64,000 nucleotides of DNA from Myxococcota bacterium (GTDB taxonomy: Bacteria; Myxococcota_A; UBA9160; JAFDDA01): the NCBI GenBank assembly GCA_965228475.1, contig OZ245817.1, positions 3,424,001 through 3,488,000 on the forward strand, in the 5' to 3' direction. Position numbers and translations under genes: made by a program. Each line of letters opens with the position of its first letter. Position 1 is the first letter of the stretch. Below, piece after piece: positions 32,821-41,587 of this stretch. Below the pieces are notes generated by a model. It saw only the letters and a list, made by a program, of their open reading frames with translations, was not told where the DNA came from and made no database searches.

Positions 32821-33654
32821 TCATCCGCCGAGGTCGGCTTCGAACCTTTCGGGAAGCTGGGCCAGGTCGAATCGGAAACTGCGGCGAAACGTCACGCCGA
32901 TGCGGCCGTGGCGCACGGTGTTCCGGACGAAATCTCGGAGATCCCGCTCTCCGTGGCGCCGAGCGAGGTACTCGATCATTCCGTAGCTCTGGAGGTAGGC
33001 GAAGCCCGCCGCCTGCGGCCCGAACCCCGCGAGGCTCGGCGCGGAGAGGTCCGCGAGGCGGAAGAGCGCCCCGGCCCGCGACGCGCGCTGGAGCGCGCTC
33101 AGCTCGTGCGCCGAGAGTCGGCGCTTGCCGATGGCGCGGGCCTCGAACCATTCGGCAACGCCTTCGTTCAACCACGCCGGCAGGACGAGGGAGGGGGCGA
33201 GCTGGTCGAAGGCGGCGTGGACGAGTTCGTGGTGCAGGACCCGCTCGAGGTAGGTCGTCAGCTGGGTTTCACCGCGGATGCGGATCACGCCGTGGTAGAA
33301 GCCCGCCGCGGGGAAGCGGAAATAGCCGGCGAACTCCGCGTCGAAGATCGCGGGGTCGTAGACCGCGACGGTGATCGGCCGCTCCGGGCGGAGGCCGAGA
33401 TACTGGTGCAGGCGGTCGTGGGCCCGCTCGAGCGCTTCGAGCACCTGCCGCTCGAAGCGGAGCGATCCGTGGAAGCCGCCGCGCCGGTCGATGGCGACGT
33501 CCTGGAGCAGGACGAAGTGGGTGGTGCGGCGTTCGCTCCACTCCCCGTCGGCGCCGCGTGCGGCCGCCGGGCCCGGCAGCATGACGGCGCCCGCCAGGGC
33601 GACCGCCGCCGCCAGACGGGCGACGGCCGGGCTCTTCGTCGGCCTCACCCTCAC
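32821..33654 (-). CDS. Secreted peptidase MA-like zinc metalloprotease
   Basis: Signal peptide, HHELVH (HExxH), PAWLNEGVAE, AYLQS; GTGA overlap with the upstream stop. Confidence 0.85.
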   Translation of the reverse strand: MRVRPTKSPAVARLAAAVALAGAVMLPGPAAARGADGEWSERRTTHFVLLQDVAIDRRGGFHGSLRFERQVLEALERAHDRLHQYLGLRPERPITVAVYDPAIFDAEFAGYFRFPAAGFYHGVIRIRGETQLTTYLERVLHHELVHAAFDQLAPSLVLPAWLNEGVAEWFEARAIGKRRLSAHELSALQRASRAGALFRLADLSAPSLAGFGPQAAGFAYLQSYGMIEYLARRHGERDLRDFVRNTVRHGRIGVTFRRSFRFDLAQLPERFEADLGG

Positions 33655-34667
33655 CCGAGCGGGTACGGGATCTCGCGGGCGATGCGCTTCGCCTCGGCCA
33701 GGGCCTCGGCCGGGAGTTCGACGTCCGCCGCCGCCAGGTGGTCGTCGAGCTGGTCCGCCGAGGTGACGCCGATGATGGTGCTGCCGACGTAGTCCTTCGT
33801 GAGCGTCCAGGCGATGGAGAACGTCACCGGCGACATCCCGCAGTCGGCCGCGAGCTTCATGTAGCGCTCGGTGGCCGCGAGGCTGCGCTCGTTCACGAAG
33901 CGCTTCGTCATGGCCTGGGTGCGCGGGCTGTCCTCCTGGTAGCGCGAGAACCGCGCGCCCTCGGGAAACGCGCCGCCCTGATACTTGCCCGAGAGCACGC
34001 CCGCCGCGATCGGGCTGTAGGGCAGCAGGCTCACGTCCTCGCCGCGGCACACGCGGGCGAGCTCGTCGTTGAAGCGCCAGTTCAGCAGGCTGAAGTTGTT
34101 CTGGATCGTCTCGTAGCGCGGCAGGCCGGCGCGGTCCGCCGCCCAGAGGCTCTTCGTGTAGCCGTAGGCGGTCTCGTTGCTGCAGCCAATGGCGCGGACC
34201 TTGCCGGCGTCGATCACTCGCGAGAGCCCTTCGAGGGTTTCTTCGTAGGGCAGCCCCGGGTCCGGCCAGTGGGTCTGGTAGAGGTCGATGTAGTCCGTGC
34301 CGAGGCGGCGCAGGCTCGCATCGACGGCGCGCTCGATGTTGTGGGCGTCGAGGCTGGTCTTGCCATGCCGCACCGGGGCCTGGAACCAGCCGCGCCCGGG
34401 GCCGGCCACCTTCGTCGCGATGAAGACCGAGTCCCGCGCCTTGCTGCGCAGCCACTTGCCGACGATCTCCTCGGTGCGGCCGGCCCACTCGGCTCGCGGC
34501 GGGACGGGGTAGACCTCCGCCACGTCGAGGAAATCGACGCCGGCGTCGAATGCCTTGTCCATGCACTCGATCCCCGCGGCTTCGTCTGCCATGCTGCCGA
34601 AGGTCATGGTGCCGAGACAGATTTCGGAAACGACCAGGCCCGAGCGGCCGAGGCGGCGATACTTCAT
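33651..34667 (-). CDS. Aldo/keto reductase (Tas-like)
   Basis: YRRLGRSGLVVSEICLGTMTFG, DVAEVYP, SLRRLGTDYIDLYQTHWP, YSPIAAGVLSGKY. Confidence 0.93.
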   Translation of the reverse strand: MKYRRLGRSGLVVSEICLGTMTFGSMADEAAGIECMDKAFDAGVDFLDVAEVYPVPPRAEWAGRTEEIVGKWLRSKARDSVFIATKVAGPGRGWFQAPVRHGKTSLDAHNIERAVDASLRRLGTDYIDLYQTHWPDPGLPYEETLEGLSRVIDAGKVRAIGCSNETAYGYTKSLWAADRAGLPRYETIQNNFSLLNWRFNDELARVCRGEDVSLLPYSPIAAGVLSGKYQGGAFPEGARFSRYQEDSPRTQAMTKRFVNERSLAATERYMKLAADCGMSPVTFSIAWTLTKDYVGSTIIGVTSADQLDDHLAAADVELPAEALAEAKRIAREIPYPLG

Positions 34668-34686
34668 GGCTTCCTCCGAGCGGGGG

Positions 34687-35226
34687 ATGGGTGCGCCGGG
34701 GAAGGGTATCGCGGGGGCTCGCCTCGGGCTCGCGAGCCTCCGGGCGATCGCCGCTGTGATCGCCCCTCTGATCGGATTGGGCTGCGCCTCCGCGCCGCCG
34801 GCCTCCCCTTCCGCGGCGGCCCGCCTGGATGCCGCCGCGAGCCCCGCGCCGCCCCCCTCGCCCGACGCCATCGTCGTTCGCCTGGCCTTCGCCGCGGAGG
34901 TCGATCTCGACCTCTACGTGACGGGGCCCCTCGGCGAGACCGTCTACTTCGCCAACACGCCCGCGCGCACCGGAGGCCGCCTGCTCGCCGACGCCCGTTG
35001 CGAGGGAAGGACCGCGGAGCCGACCCGGCTCGAGACGGTGATCTTCGATCCGGCCCAGCCGGGCCGCTACCGCGTCGGGATCGACTTCCCGGAGCGCTGC
35101 GACGGCGGCAAGGGTCCGGCGGCCTTCGCCCTGTCCGTGGAGGGAGCAGGCGCGGGCCCGCTGCGCAGGGAGTCGACGATCGCCCTGCGCGCCTTCGATG
35201 CCGTGGTGCTCGAGTTCGATCGCTGA
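34687..35226 (+). CDS. Hypothetical lipoprotein (DUF2135/YfaP-like domain)
   Basis: LIGLGC lipobox; VDLDLYVTGPLGETVYFAN, GGRLLADARC, GRYRVGID. Confidence 0.6.
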   Translation: MGAPGKGIAGARLGLASLRAIAAVIAPLIGLGCASAPPASPSAAARLDAAASPAPPPSPDAIVVRLAFAAEVDLDLYVTGPLGETVYFANTPARTGGRLLADARCEGRTAEPTRLETVIFDPAQPGRYRVGIDFPERCDGGKGPAAFALSVEGAGAGPLRRESTIALRAFDAVVLEFDR

Positions 35227-35248
35227 AGTCTCAGCTTGGCCGCGGCGG

Positions 35249-36997
35249 CTAGCGCTCGTCGCCGGCGGCCGGAAGCCAGACGTCGAAGCGCGTGCCGTTG
35301 CCCGGGCTCGACTCGACGTCGATCATGCCCCGATGCCGGCTCACGATCTCGGCGGAGATCGCGAGGCCGAGCCCCGTCCCCTCCCCTTCCTGCTTCGTCG
35401 TGAAGAAAGGGTCGTAGATGCGGTCGACGGTCTCCGGAGCGATCCCGTGGCCGTCGTCGCTGATGCTGACGACGACGGTCTTCCCCTCGCTGCGCGTGGC
35501 CACCTCGACGCGGCCGCCCTCGTCGATCGCCTGGAGCGCGTTGATCAGGAGGTTCAGGAAGACCTGCTTCAGCTCCTGGCCCGAGCAGCGGACGAGCGGG
35601 AGGTCGCCGAAGTCCGTCACGATCTGGCCGTTCTTGTGGTTCTGGGCCTCCGCCACGCGGATCACCGACGCGATCAGCCGGTTCACTTCTTCGAGCTCGT
35701 GGAGCGGGCTTCCGGCCCGCGCCAGCCCCTTCACGTCGCGAACGAAGCTCGCGGTCCGCTCGACGCCTTCGAGGGACTCCTCGATCAGCTCTTCGCCCTC
35801 GCGGACGATCTCGTCGAGGCCGGGCCGGCGCGCCGCATCCACCGCGCCGGCGAGGGTCTTCCAGTGGGACTCGAGCAGGGTGAGGTTCGTGCGGATGAAG
35901 GCCAGCGGGTTGTTCACTTCGTGCGCGATTCCCGCGGCGAGCTCGCCCACCGCAGCCAGGCGGTCCGAGGTGATCAGCCGGTTGCGCAGGCTCACGACCT
36001 CGCGGAGGTCCCGCACCACGAGCACCATGCCGATCGCGTAGCCGCGGCGGTCGTTCACGTGGGTGGAGGAGACGGCGACGGGCAGCAGCACCCCGCGCGC
36101 ATCCCGAAGACGAACCTCTTCGTCGCGGACCTCGCGCGCCGGCGCGACGGGAGCATCGGGCACGATCTCCGTGATCGGCTTCCCGGTCAGATCCCGGACG
36201 GACACGCCGACGAGCTCCGCGAGCGCGGCGTTGGCGGTCCGCACGTGGCCGTCCATGCCGAGCAGCGCGACGCCCTCGGGCAGGATCGAGAGCATCTCCT
36301 GCCGGAAGGTCCACGAAGCCGTCATGCTGTAGCCGAAGTAGAGGATGTTGCCGGAGAGCACGGCGCCGAGCGCGGCGAGCGAGAGCGAACCGAACTGCGG
36401 CGTGACGTAACCGAGCATCGGGAGCAGGGCGTCGGTCAGCGAGGCGACGCAGAGCGGGATCGAGAGCGCGAGGGCGAGCCACTTGCCCTGACGGCGCTCA
36501 CGCGGATCGCGATTGGCCTGGAAGCCCTTTCGCCCCCAGTACAAGCCGAGACCGACGTTCAGGATCGTGAACACGTAGAAGACGCCGAAGCCCGCCCCGG
36601 GCACGTACGACCAGCCCCACGGCGTCGCGACGGCTTCGCTGTGGATGCTGTCGGTGGTCCAGGCCAGGGCGAGGAGCGCGACGGCAAACGCGTACTGGCT
36701 CTGCACGAAGCGGCGCTTGCCCCGGCTCGGCTGGGGTTCGAGGTCGAGGAAGAGCTGGGCGACGCTCGGCCCGAGCCAGACCCAGCCGAGCGCGGAGGCG
36801 CGCATCCAGAAGTGGGCGGACTCCGCATCGGGCCGGGTGTTCCAGGCGATCTCGCACAGGGCCCAGTACGCGCCGCAGATCAGGATCTGGACGGCGGCCC
36901 GGCTCGTCCCGTACGCCGCACTCCGCGCGAAGAGCATGCCGGCGCTGGCCGCGCAGCCGACGCAGGCCAGCATCGGGACGATCAGATACGGGTGCAC
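35249..36997 (-). CDS. Sensor histidine kinase (N-terminal 7TM, PAS, HisKA, HATPase)
   Basis: Multiple TM helices, PEGVALLGMDGHVRTAN, GELAAGIAHEVNNPL, QVFLNLLINA, DPFFTTK, GTGLGL. Confidence 0.92.
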   Translation of the reverse strand: MHPYLIVPMLACVGCAASAGMLFARSAAYGTSRAAVQILICGAYWALCEIAWNTRPDAESAHFWMRASALGWVWLGPSVAQLFLDLEPQPSRGKRRFVQSQYAFAVALLALAWTTDSIHSEAVATPWGWSYVPGAGFGVFYVFTILNVGLGLYWGRKGFQANRDPRERRQGKWLALALSIPLCVASLTDALLPMLGYVTPQFGSLSLAALGAVLSGNILYFGYSMTASWTFRQEMLSILPEGVALLGMDGHVRTANAALAELVGVSVRDLTGKPITEIVPDAPVAPAREVRDEEVRLRDARGVLLPVAVSSTHVNDRRGYAIGMVLVVRDLREVVSLRNRLITSDRLAAVGELAAGIAHEVNNPLAFIRTNLTLLESHWKTLAGAVDAARRPGLDEIVREGEELIEESLEGVERTASFVRDVKGLARAGSPLHELEEVNRLIASVIRVAEAQNHKNGQIVTDFGDLPLVRCSGQELKQVFLNLLINALQAIDEGGRVEVATRSEGKTVVVSISDDGHGIAPETVDRIYDPFFTTKQEGEGTGLGLAISAEIVSRHRGMIDVESSPGNGTRFDVWLPAAGDER

Positions 36998-37008
36998 CCC
37001 GCCGCCCC

Positions 37009-37668
37009 CTAGAAGAGCCCCAGGCGATAGAGCTGGGAGTAGACCTCCGCAGCCACCACCGCGGCTTCGACCACGGCGTCGAGGGTCACGCGGATCTTCT
37101 CGGCGAGGGACGGTTCGACCCACGGGCACGAGAATCGCTCCCCGCGCGCTTCCAACCGATCGATGGTGTCGAGCAGGGAGGCCTGCCAGAGCATGTCTTC
37201 CCGCTCCTCGGCCAGGGCGAGCTGGAACCGGTAGCGGGCGATCTGGTTCGCGAGCACGACGCACTCGTTGCGTTCGCGGGAGACGGTGCAGTCGCCCTCG
37301 TCCCCGCCGTCGAGGTCTTCCTGGCTCACTGCGTCCTTCACGGCGGCGCCGGGCACCGCGGCCCACCAGCCGTAGTCCGTATCGTGAACCCACGCGCCGT
37401 TGATGTCGTCGTCGCCGTCGGTCCCGGACTCGTGGACCCAGCGGTTCGACGCCTGGTGGACCCAGTCGTCGTCGCCCGAATCGTGGTGCCAGCCGTACTG
37501 GGTGTCGTGGGGCCAGCGGTCGTCGGTCTCCACGCCCTCTTCCGGCGCATGCGCGGCGGGCGGCGCGGGCGTTCGGCATTCCTTGCGAGCTTCGGCCGGA
37601 GCGGCGGCCAGCAGGACGGCGGCAACGATCAGCGCGGTGGCCCCCGCGCGTACGGTGAGCGATCTCAT
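37009..37668 (-). CDS. Secreted protein with W-x-H acidic repeats and C-x44-C motif (219 aa)
   Basis: GGAG RBS; signal peptide ...AAAPAEA; WPHDTQYGW/WVHDTDYGW repeats; CVVLANQI...IDRLEARGERFSC. Confidence 0.75.
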   Translation of the reverse strand: MRSLTVRAGATALIVAAVLLAAAPAEARKECRTPAPPAAHAPEEGVETDDRWPHDTQYGWHHDSGDDDWVHQASNRWVHESGTDGDDDINGAWVHDTDYGWWAAVPGAAVKDAVSQEDLDGGDEGDCTVSRERNECVVLANQIARYRFQLALAEEREDMLWQASLLDTIDRLEARGERFSCPWVEPSLAEKIRVTLDAVVEAAVVAAEVYSQLYRLGLF

Positions 37669-37702
37669 GAGGCGTCTCCAAGGGGTCGTCGACCTGCCAC
37701 TC

Positions 37703-37727
37703 ATCGGCAGGACCGGGCTCCGCCTGA
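37703..37727 (-). promoter_or_regulatory. sigma28 (FliA)-like promoter
   Basis: Minus strand TCAGG-N14-GCCGAT, 35 bp before ATG 37668. Confidence 0.5.
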
Positions 37728-37775
37728 AGCGGCAGGAAGCGCGCGAGAGGCCCGAAAACGCGGTCGATCCGGCCC

Positions 37776-39323
37776 CTAGGGGAGCCGGTCGTCGATCACA
37801 CCTGCCTGGCGGTGGGCCAGGGCCATCCCGGTGAACATCGGATTCACGCCGGTGCAGCGCGGGAAGATCCCGGTGTCGGCGATCCAGAGGTTCTCGAGAT
37901 CGTGGGCCTTGCCGTCCTCGTCGACCACGCCCTGGCTCGGGTCCCCGTGCATGCGCGTGGTGCAGAACGCGTGGTTCCCGCCGCACACGAGGTCCGTGCC
38001 GCGGATCTCCGCCGTGCGCAGGATCTCGGCCTCGGCCGGCGAGTTCATGACGTCCGGCAGGCCATGCACGCCGGGCATGATCTTCCGGGCGCCGGCGGCG
38101 AAGAAGATCTCCGAGAGCACGACCAGGGCGTTCTGGAGGATCTTCACGTCCTCGCGGTCGAGCCGGTAGTGGAGGACCGGGTCCATCCCCCGGCGGCGCG
38201 CCACGACCTTGCCGAGCGAACGGTGGCAGCTCGCGATGGCGTCCCAGGTGGCGGAGTGCGTCACCTCGGCCAGGTGCTCCTTCAGGGCGTGGCCCATGCC
38301 CGGCGTGCGTACCGCGAGCACGGCGGGGGGCGCCCAGAGCGTCTCGAGCTTGAACCCCTGCTCGATGAACTGGAGCGACTGGTAGCCCTGGGTGGCGCCG
38401 AAGCGCGGGTTCGTCGGTTCGGGAAAGACGCCCGTGATGGCGACCCCCGGGTGGAACTGGAGGTTCTCGCCGACCTGCTCCGAGCGGTTCGCGAGGTTCC
38501 CGCTCCGCTGCAGGATCACCGGCGTCGCCATGCAGCCGGCCGCCAGCACGACCGCGGCAGCCTTCACCCGGAAGCGCGCGCCCTCGCGGCCGGTGAACGG
38601 CTCGACCACCCGGCCCGTGACGGCCTCGACGCGGCCGCCGCGGTGCTCGACTTCTTCGACGCGCACCGAGGTCAGGACCCGCGCTCCCGCCCGGATCGCC
38701 GCCGGGACGTAGGAGATGTCCATGGACTGCTTCGCGCGGGCTCGGCAGCCGGTGAAGCACTCGCCGCTCCCGCGGCAGCCCCGCACGTTGCGCGGGATCG
38801 GCTCGCTCGAATAGCCGAGCGCCTTGCAACCGTCCCGGAAGAGCAGATTGCGCGGGCCCTGGACCTCGTCGGGCGTCGGTGCGATGCCGAGGAACTCGGC
38901 GACGGCGTCGTAGTGGGGGTCGAGATCCTTGCGGGACGTTCGCGCGAGGTCGTAGCGCGTGCACCAATCCTCGAGGACGGATTCCGGCGCCCGCGGGCAG
39001 ATGGCCGAGTTCACGAGCGAGCCGCCGCCGAGGGCGATGGCCTGCATGGTCGGCATCACGTGGCCGCGCGTCGCGCGCAGGCCGCCCTCGCGCATGGTGC
39101 GGACCATGGAGGTCGCGCCGTCGAGGGCGAAGTCCTCCGGCGTGAAGGGAGGGCCCTCCTCGAGCAGGACGACCTTGCGCCCTGCGATGGCCAGCTCGTG
39201 GGCGACGACCGCACCGGTCGGGCCGGAGCCGACGACGACGACGTCGGCCTCCTCCTGGAAGTCGCCTGCGTAGTCCGCGAAGACCCGGACCTCCCCCTCG
39301 CCGGGCCGCACCGTGACGGTCAA
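37776..39323 (-). CDS. GMC family oxidoreductase
   Basis: DVVVVGSGPTG, LLEEG, LGGGSLVNS, CRGSGECFTGC, VGENLQFHP, GVNPMFT; TTGA overlap with the upstream gene. Confidence 0.9.
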   Translation of the reverse strand: MTVTVRPGEGEVRVFADYAGDFQEEADVVVVGSGPTGAVVAHELAIAGRKVVLLEEGPPFTPEDFALDGATSMVRTMREGGLRATRGHVMPTMQAIALGGGSLVNSAICPRAPESVLEDWCTRYDLARTSRKDLDPHYDAVAEFLGIAPTPDEVQGPRNLLFRDGCKALGYSSEPIPRNVRGCRGSGECFTGCRARAKQSMDISYVPAAIRAGARVLTSVRVEEVEHRGGRVEAVTGRVVEPFTGREGARFRVKAAAVVLAAGCMATPVILQRSGNLANRSEQVGENLQFHPGVAITGVFPEPTNPRFGATQGYQSLQFIEQGFKLETLWAPPAVLAVRTPGMGHALKEHLAEVTHSATWDAIASCHRSLGKVVARRRGMDPVLHYRLDREDVKILQNALVVLSEIFFAAGARKIMPGVHGLPDVMNSPAEAEILRTAEIRGTDLVCGGNHAFCTTRMHGDPSQGVVDEDGKAHDLENLWIADTGIFPRCTGVNPMFTGMALAHRQAGVIDDRLP

Positions 39324-39964
39324 GCCGTCACCACGCGGTAGTCGGGATGAATCGGGGTCTCCGCGCCGAGGGGGCGGGCCTCCCCGGGAGGCGTGAGGTC
39401 GGCTTCGGTCCGGGTGATCGACGAGCGCGGCTGCCCGATGCGCGGGTAGAGCAGATCCGCCTCGACCACCGGGGACTCGATCTCCCAGGGAGAGAGCTCG
39501 AGCCGGTCGAGCACCCGCGGGTCTGCCAGGTAGGCCATGCAGAGGATCGCCCGAAGGCTCGTGAAGACGAGGCGCCGCGGGAAGAGCGAGCTCGTCCGCC
39601 AGCCCTCGAGGACCGCCTGCTGCTGTTCGAGCGAGAGCGCCGAGAAGCGCCGTCGCCCGCCAGAGCCCGGCGCGGGGAAGAGGAGCGTCGCCTGCTCGAC
39701 GAGCAGGAAGAGCAGCCGCATCAGGATCCGCATCATCGCCGGCACGCTCGCCACGTAGCCATCGACCCACTCGGCCGCCCCGGCCTGGCTGCCGGAGGGA
39801 GGAATGGCACCACCGCGCGGAAACAGGGCATCCCCTGCCGCGGCCACGACGGCGGTCTCGCGGGCCGTGAGAAGGCGGGCGTTCTCGGGAGCGGGGCCAT
39901 AGCCGAAGAACAGGCGGCGAATGCCCCAGATGAGGGCGGCAAGGAGCAGGAGGCGAATCAGCAT
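39320..39964 (-). CDS. GMC partner protein (gluconate 2-dehydrogenase subunit 3-like)
   Basis: LLTARETAVVAAAGDALFP, RRFSALSLEQQQAVLEGW, MAYLADP; translationally coupled to the GMC gene. Confidence 0.7.
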   Translation of the reverse strand: MLIRLLLLAALIWGIRRLFFGYGPAPENARLLTARETAVVAAAGDALFPRGGAIPPSGSQAGAAEWVDGYVASVPAMMRILMRLLFLLVEQATLLFPAPGSGGRRRFSALSLEQQQAVLEGWRTSSLFPRRLVFTSLRAILCMAYLADPRVLDRLELSPWEIESPVVEADLLYPRIGQPRSSITRTEADLTPPGEARPLGAETPIHPDYRVVTA

Positions 39965-39994
39965 GCGGGCAGGATAACGCGCCGGGAGTCCAGC

Positions 39995-40020
39995 TAAAGC
40001 CCCAGGCTCGATCGGCCGAA
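39995..40020 (+). promoter_or_regulatory. sigma28-like promoter upstream of the second histidine kinase
   Basis: TAAAG-N15-GCCGAA. Confidence 0.45.
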
Positions 40021-40102
40021 CTCCCCAGACGATGCACGCGACCGGAACAGCGCGCCCGCGCCCGGCGGGACCCGGGCACGAACCCGCAGGCGGGGCCTCG
40101 CG

Positions 40103-41587
40103 GTGAGTCCGGTCTCGGTCGCGACCCTGGCGGTCGCCGTCGCCGCGCTCTACTCCGCCGGCCTCCACGGCTGGCTCCACTGGAGCTACCGGCGCGGGCG
40201 GATCCATCTGTGGCACAGCGTCACGTCCCTTGCGGTGTGCGGGCTCGCCGGCTCGATCTTCCTGCTCTACGAGAGCGCCGGCCTCGAAGAAGCCAAGCGC
40301 TGGCAGAACTGGATGTTCGTCTTCTCGGCGCCGCTCCTCGTCGGCTACTTCCAGTTCAGCTGGGAGTTCCTCGCGCTCTCCGGGCGCTGGCAGCGCTGGC
40401 TCGTCGGCACCTTCGGGGTCGCCATTGGGCTCGTCGCGGGCACCACGGACCTCTTCCTCGAGCACCAGCGCTTTCGCACTTCGATCCCGTCCGTCGGGCT
40501 CGACTTCGTCTACGCGCCCCTCTCGGATCTCGGGAACCTCGCGGTCGTCGGCTTCGGCATCACGGTGCTCTACCTGGCTTCGCTCTTCGTCCGGTACGCA
40601 CGCAAGGACGACATCGAGTTCCGGGTGATCGCGGCCGCCACGGCCTTGCTGTGTGCCGCCGGGGCCGTCGATCTCGCGAAGTCCTGGCAGTGGATCACCG
40701 CACCCTACGTCGCTCCGTTCGGCTACCTCGCCCTCGTGGCGGGCAGTTCGGGCATCCTCCTGCGGCGCTTCGTGAAGTCCATGGTCTACGCCGAAGCGCT
40801 CGCCGGGAACCTCCACGACCTGGTCGAGCGGCGCACCGCGGAGATCCGCCAGAAGGACATCCAGCTCGCCCACGGCGAGCGCATGGCCGTCGTCGGCACC
40901 CTCGCGGCGGGCATCGCCCACGAGGTGAACAACCCGATGGCCTTCCTGTCCTCGAACCTGAACCGGCTCGAGGAACTCTGGACCAAGCCGGACTCGGCCG
41001 GCGAGGCCATGGAGATCCTCGGAGAGTGCCAGGAGGGTGCGGACCGGGTGCGCTCGACGGTCGCGGAGCTCTTGAGCCTCTCGCGGCGCGACGAGAGCAA
41101 CCTCGAGCCCGTCGACCTGACCGACGTCGTGGCCTCGGTCCTGCGGATGGTCCGCTACGAAGCGCGCGAACGCGCGCTCATCGTGAAGGATCTGGCGACC
41201 TGCGCCCCCTTCCCGGGCGACCGGCGGCTCGTCGCCCAGGTGGTCCTGAACCTGGTGATGAATGCGCTCCAGGCGATCGGAGAGGGGCGGCCGGACGAGA
41301 ACCGCGTGCTCGTTCGCACGCGTGACCTCGGCGACCGCATCGAGCTGCGGGTGGAAGACACCGGGCCCGGCATCCCCGAGCCCTTCCGCACCGAGATCTT
41401 CGACCCGTTCTTCACGACCAAACGAGCGGGGGAAGGGACGGGGCTCGGCCTCGCCGTGACCCGGAAGATCGTGCGCGAACACCGCGGCGACATCCGCGTC
41501 GAGAGTTCGAACCTCGGGACGCGCATGATCGTGGAGTTCCCGGTGGGCGAGCGCGGCGGAGACGCACCGGCCGAGGCCTCGGCCTAG
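40103..41587 (+). CDS. Membrane sensor histidine kinase (7TM, HisKA, HATPase)
   Basis: Hydrophobic N-half, GTLAAGIAHEVNNPM, NLVMNA, DTGPGI, DPFFTTK, GTGLGL. Confidence 0.92.
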   Translation: MSPVSVATLAVAVAALYSAGLHGWLHWSYRRGRIHLWHSVTSLAVCGLAGSIFLLYESAGLEEAKRWQNWMFVFSAPLLVGYFQFSWEFLALSGRWQRWLVGTFGVAIGLVAGTTDLFLEHQRFRTSIPSVGLDFVYAPLSDLGNLAVVGFGITVLYLASLFVRYARKDDIEFRVIAAATALLCAAGAVDLAKSWQWITAPYVAPFGYLALVAGSSGILLRRFVKSMVYAEALAGNLHDLVERRTAEIRQKDIQLAHGERMAVVGTLAAGIAHEVNNPMAFLSSNLNRLEELWTKPDSAGEAMEILGECQEGADRVRSTVAELLSLSRRDESNLEPVDLTDVVASVLRMVRYEARERALIVKDLATCAPFPGDRRLVAQVVLNLVMNALQAIGEGRPDENRVLVRTRDLGDRIELRVEDTGPGIPEPFRTEIFDPFFTTKRAGEGTGLGLAVTRKIVREHRGDIRVESSNLGTRMIVEFPVGERGGDAPAEASA

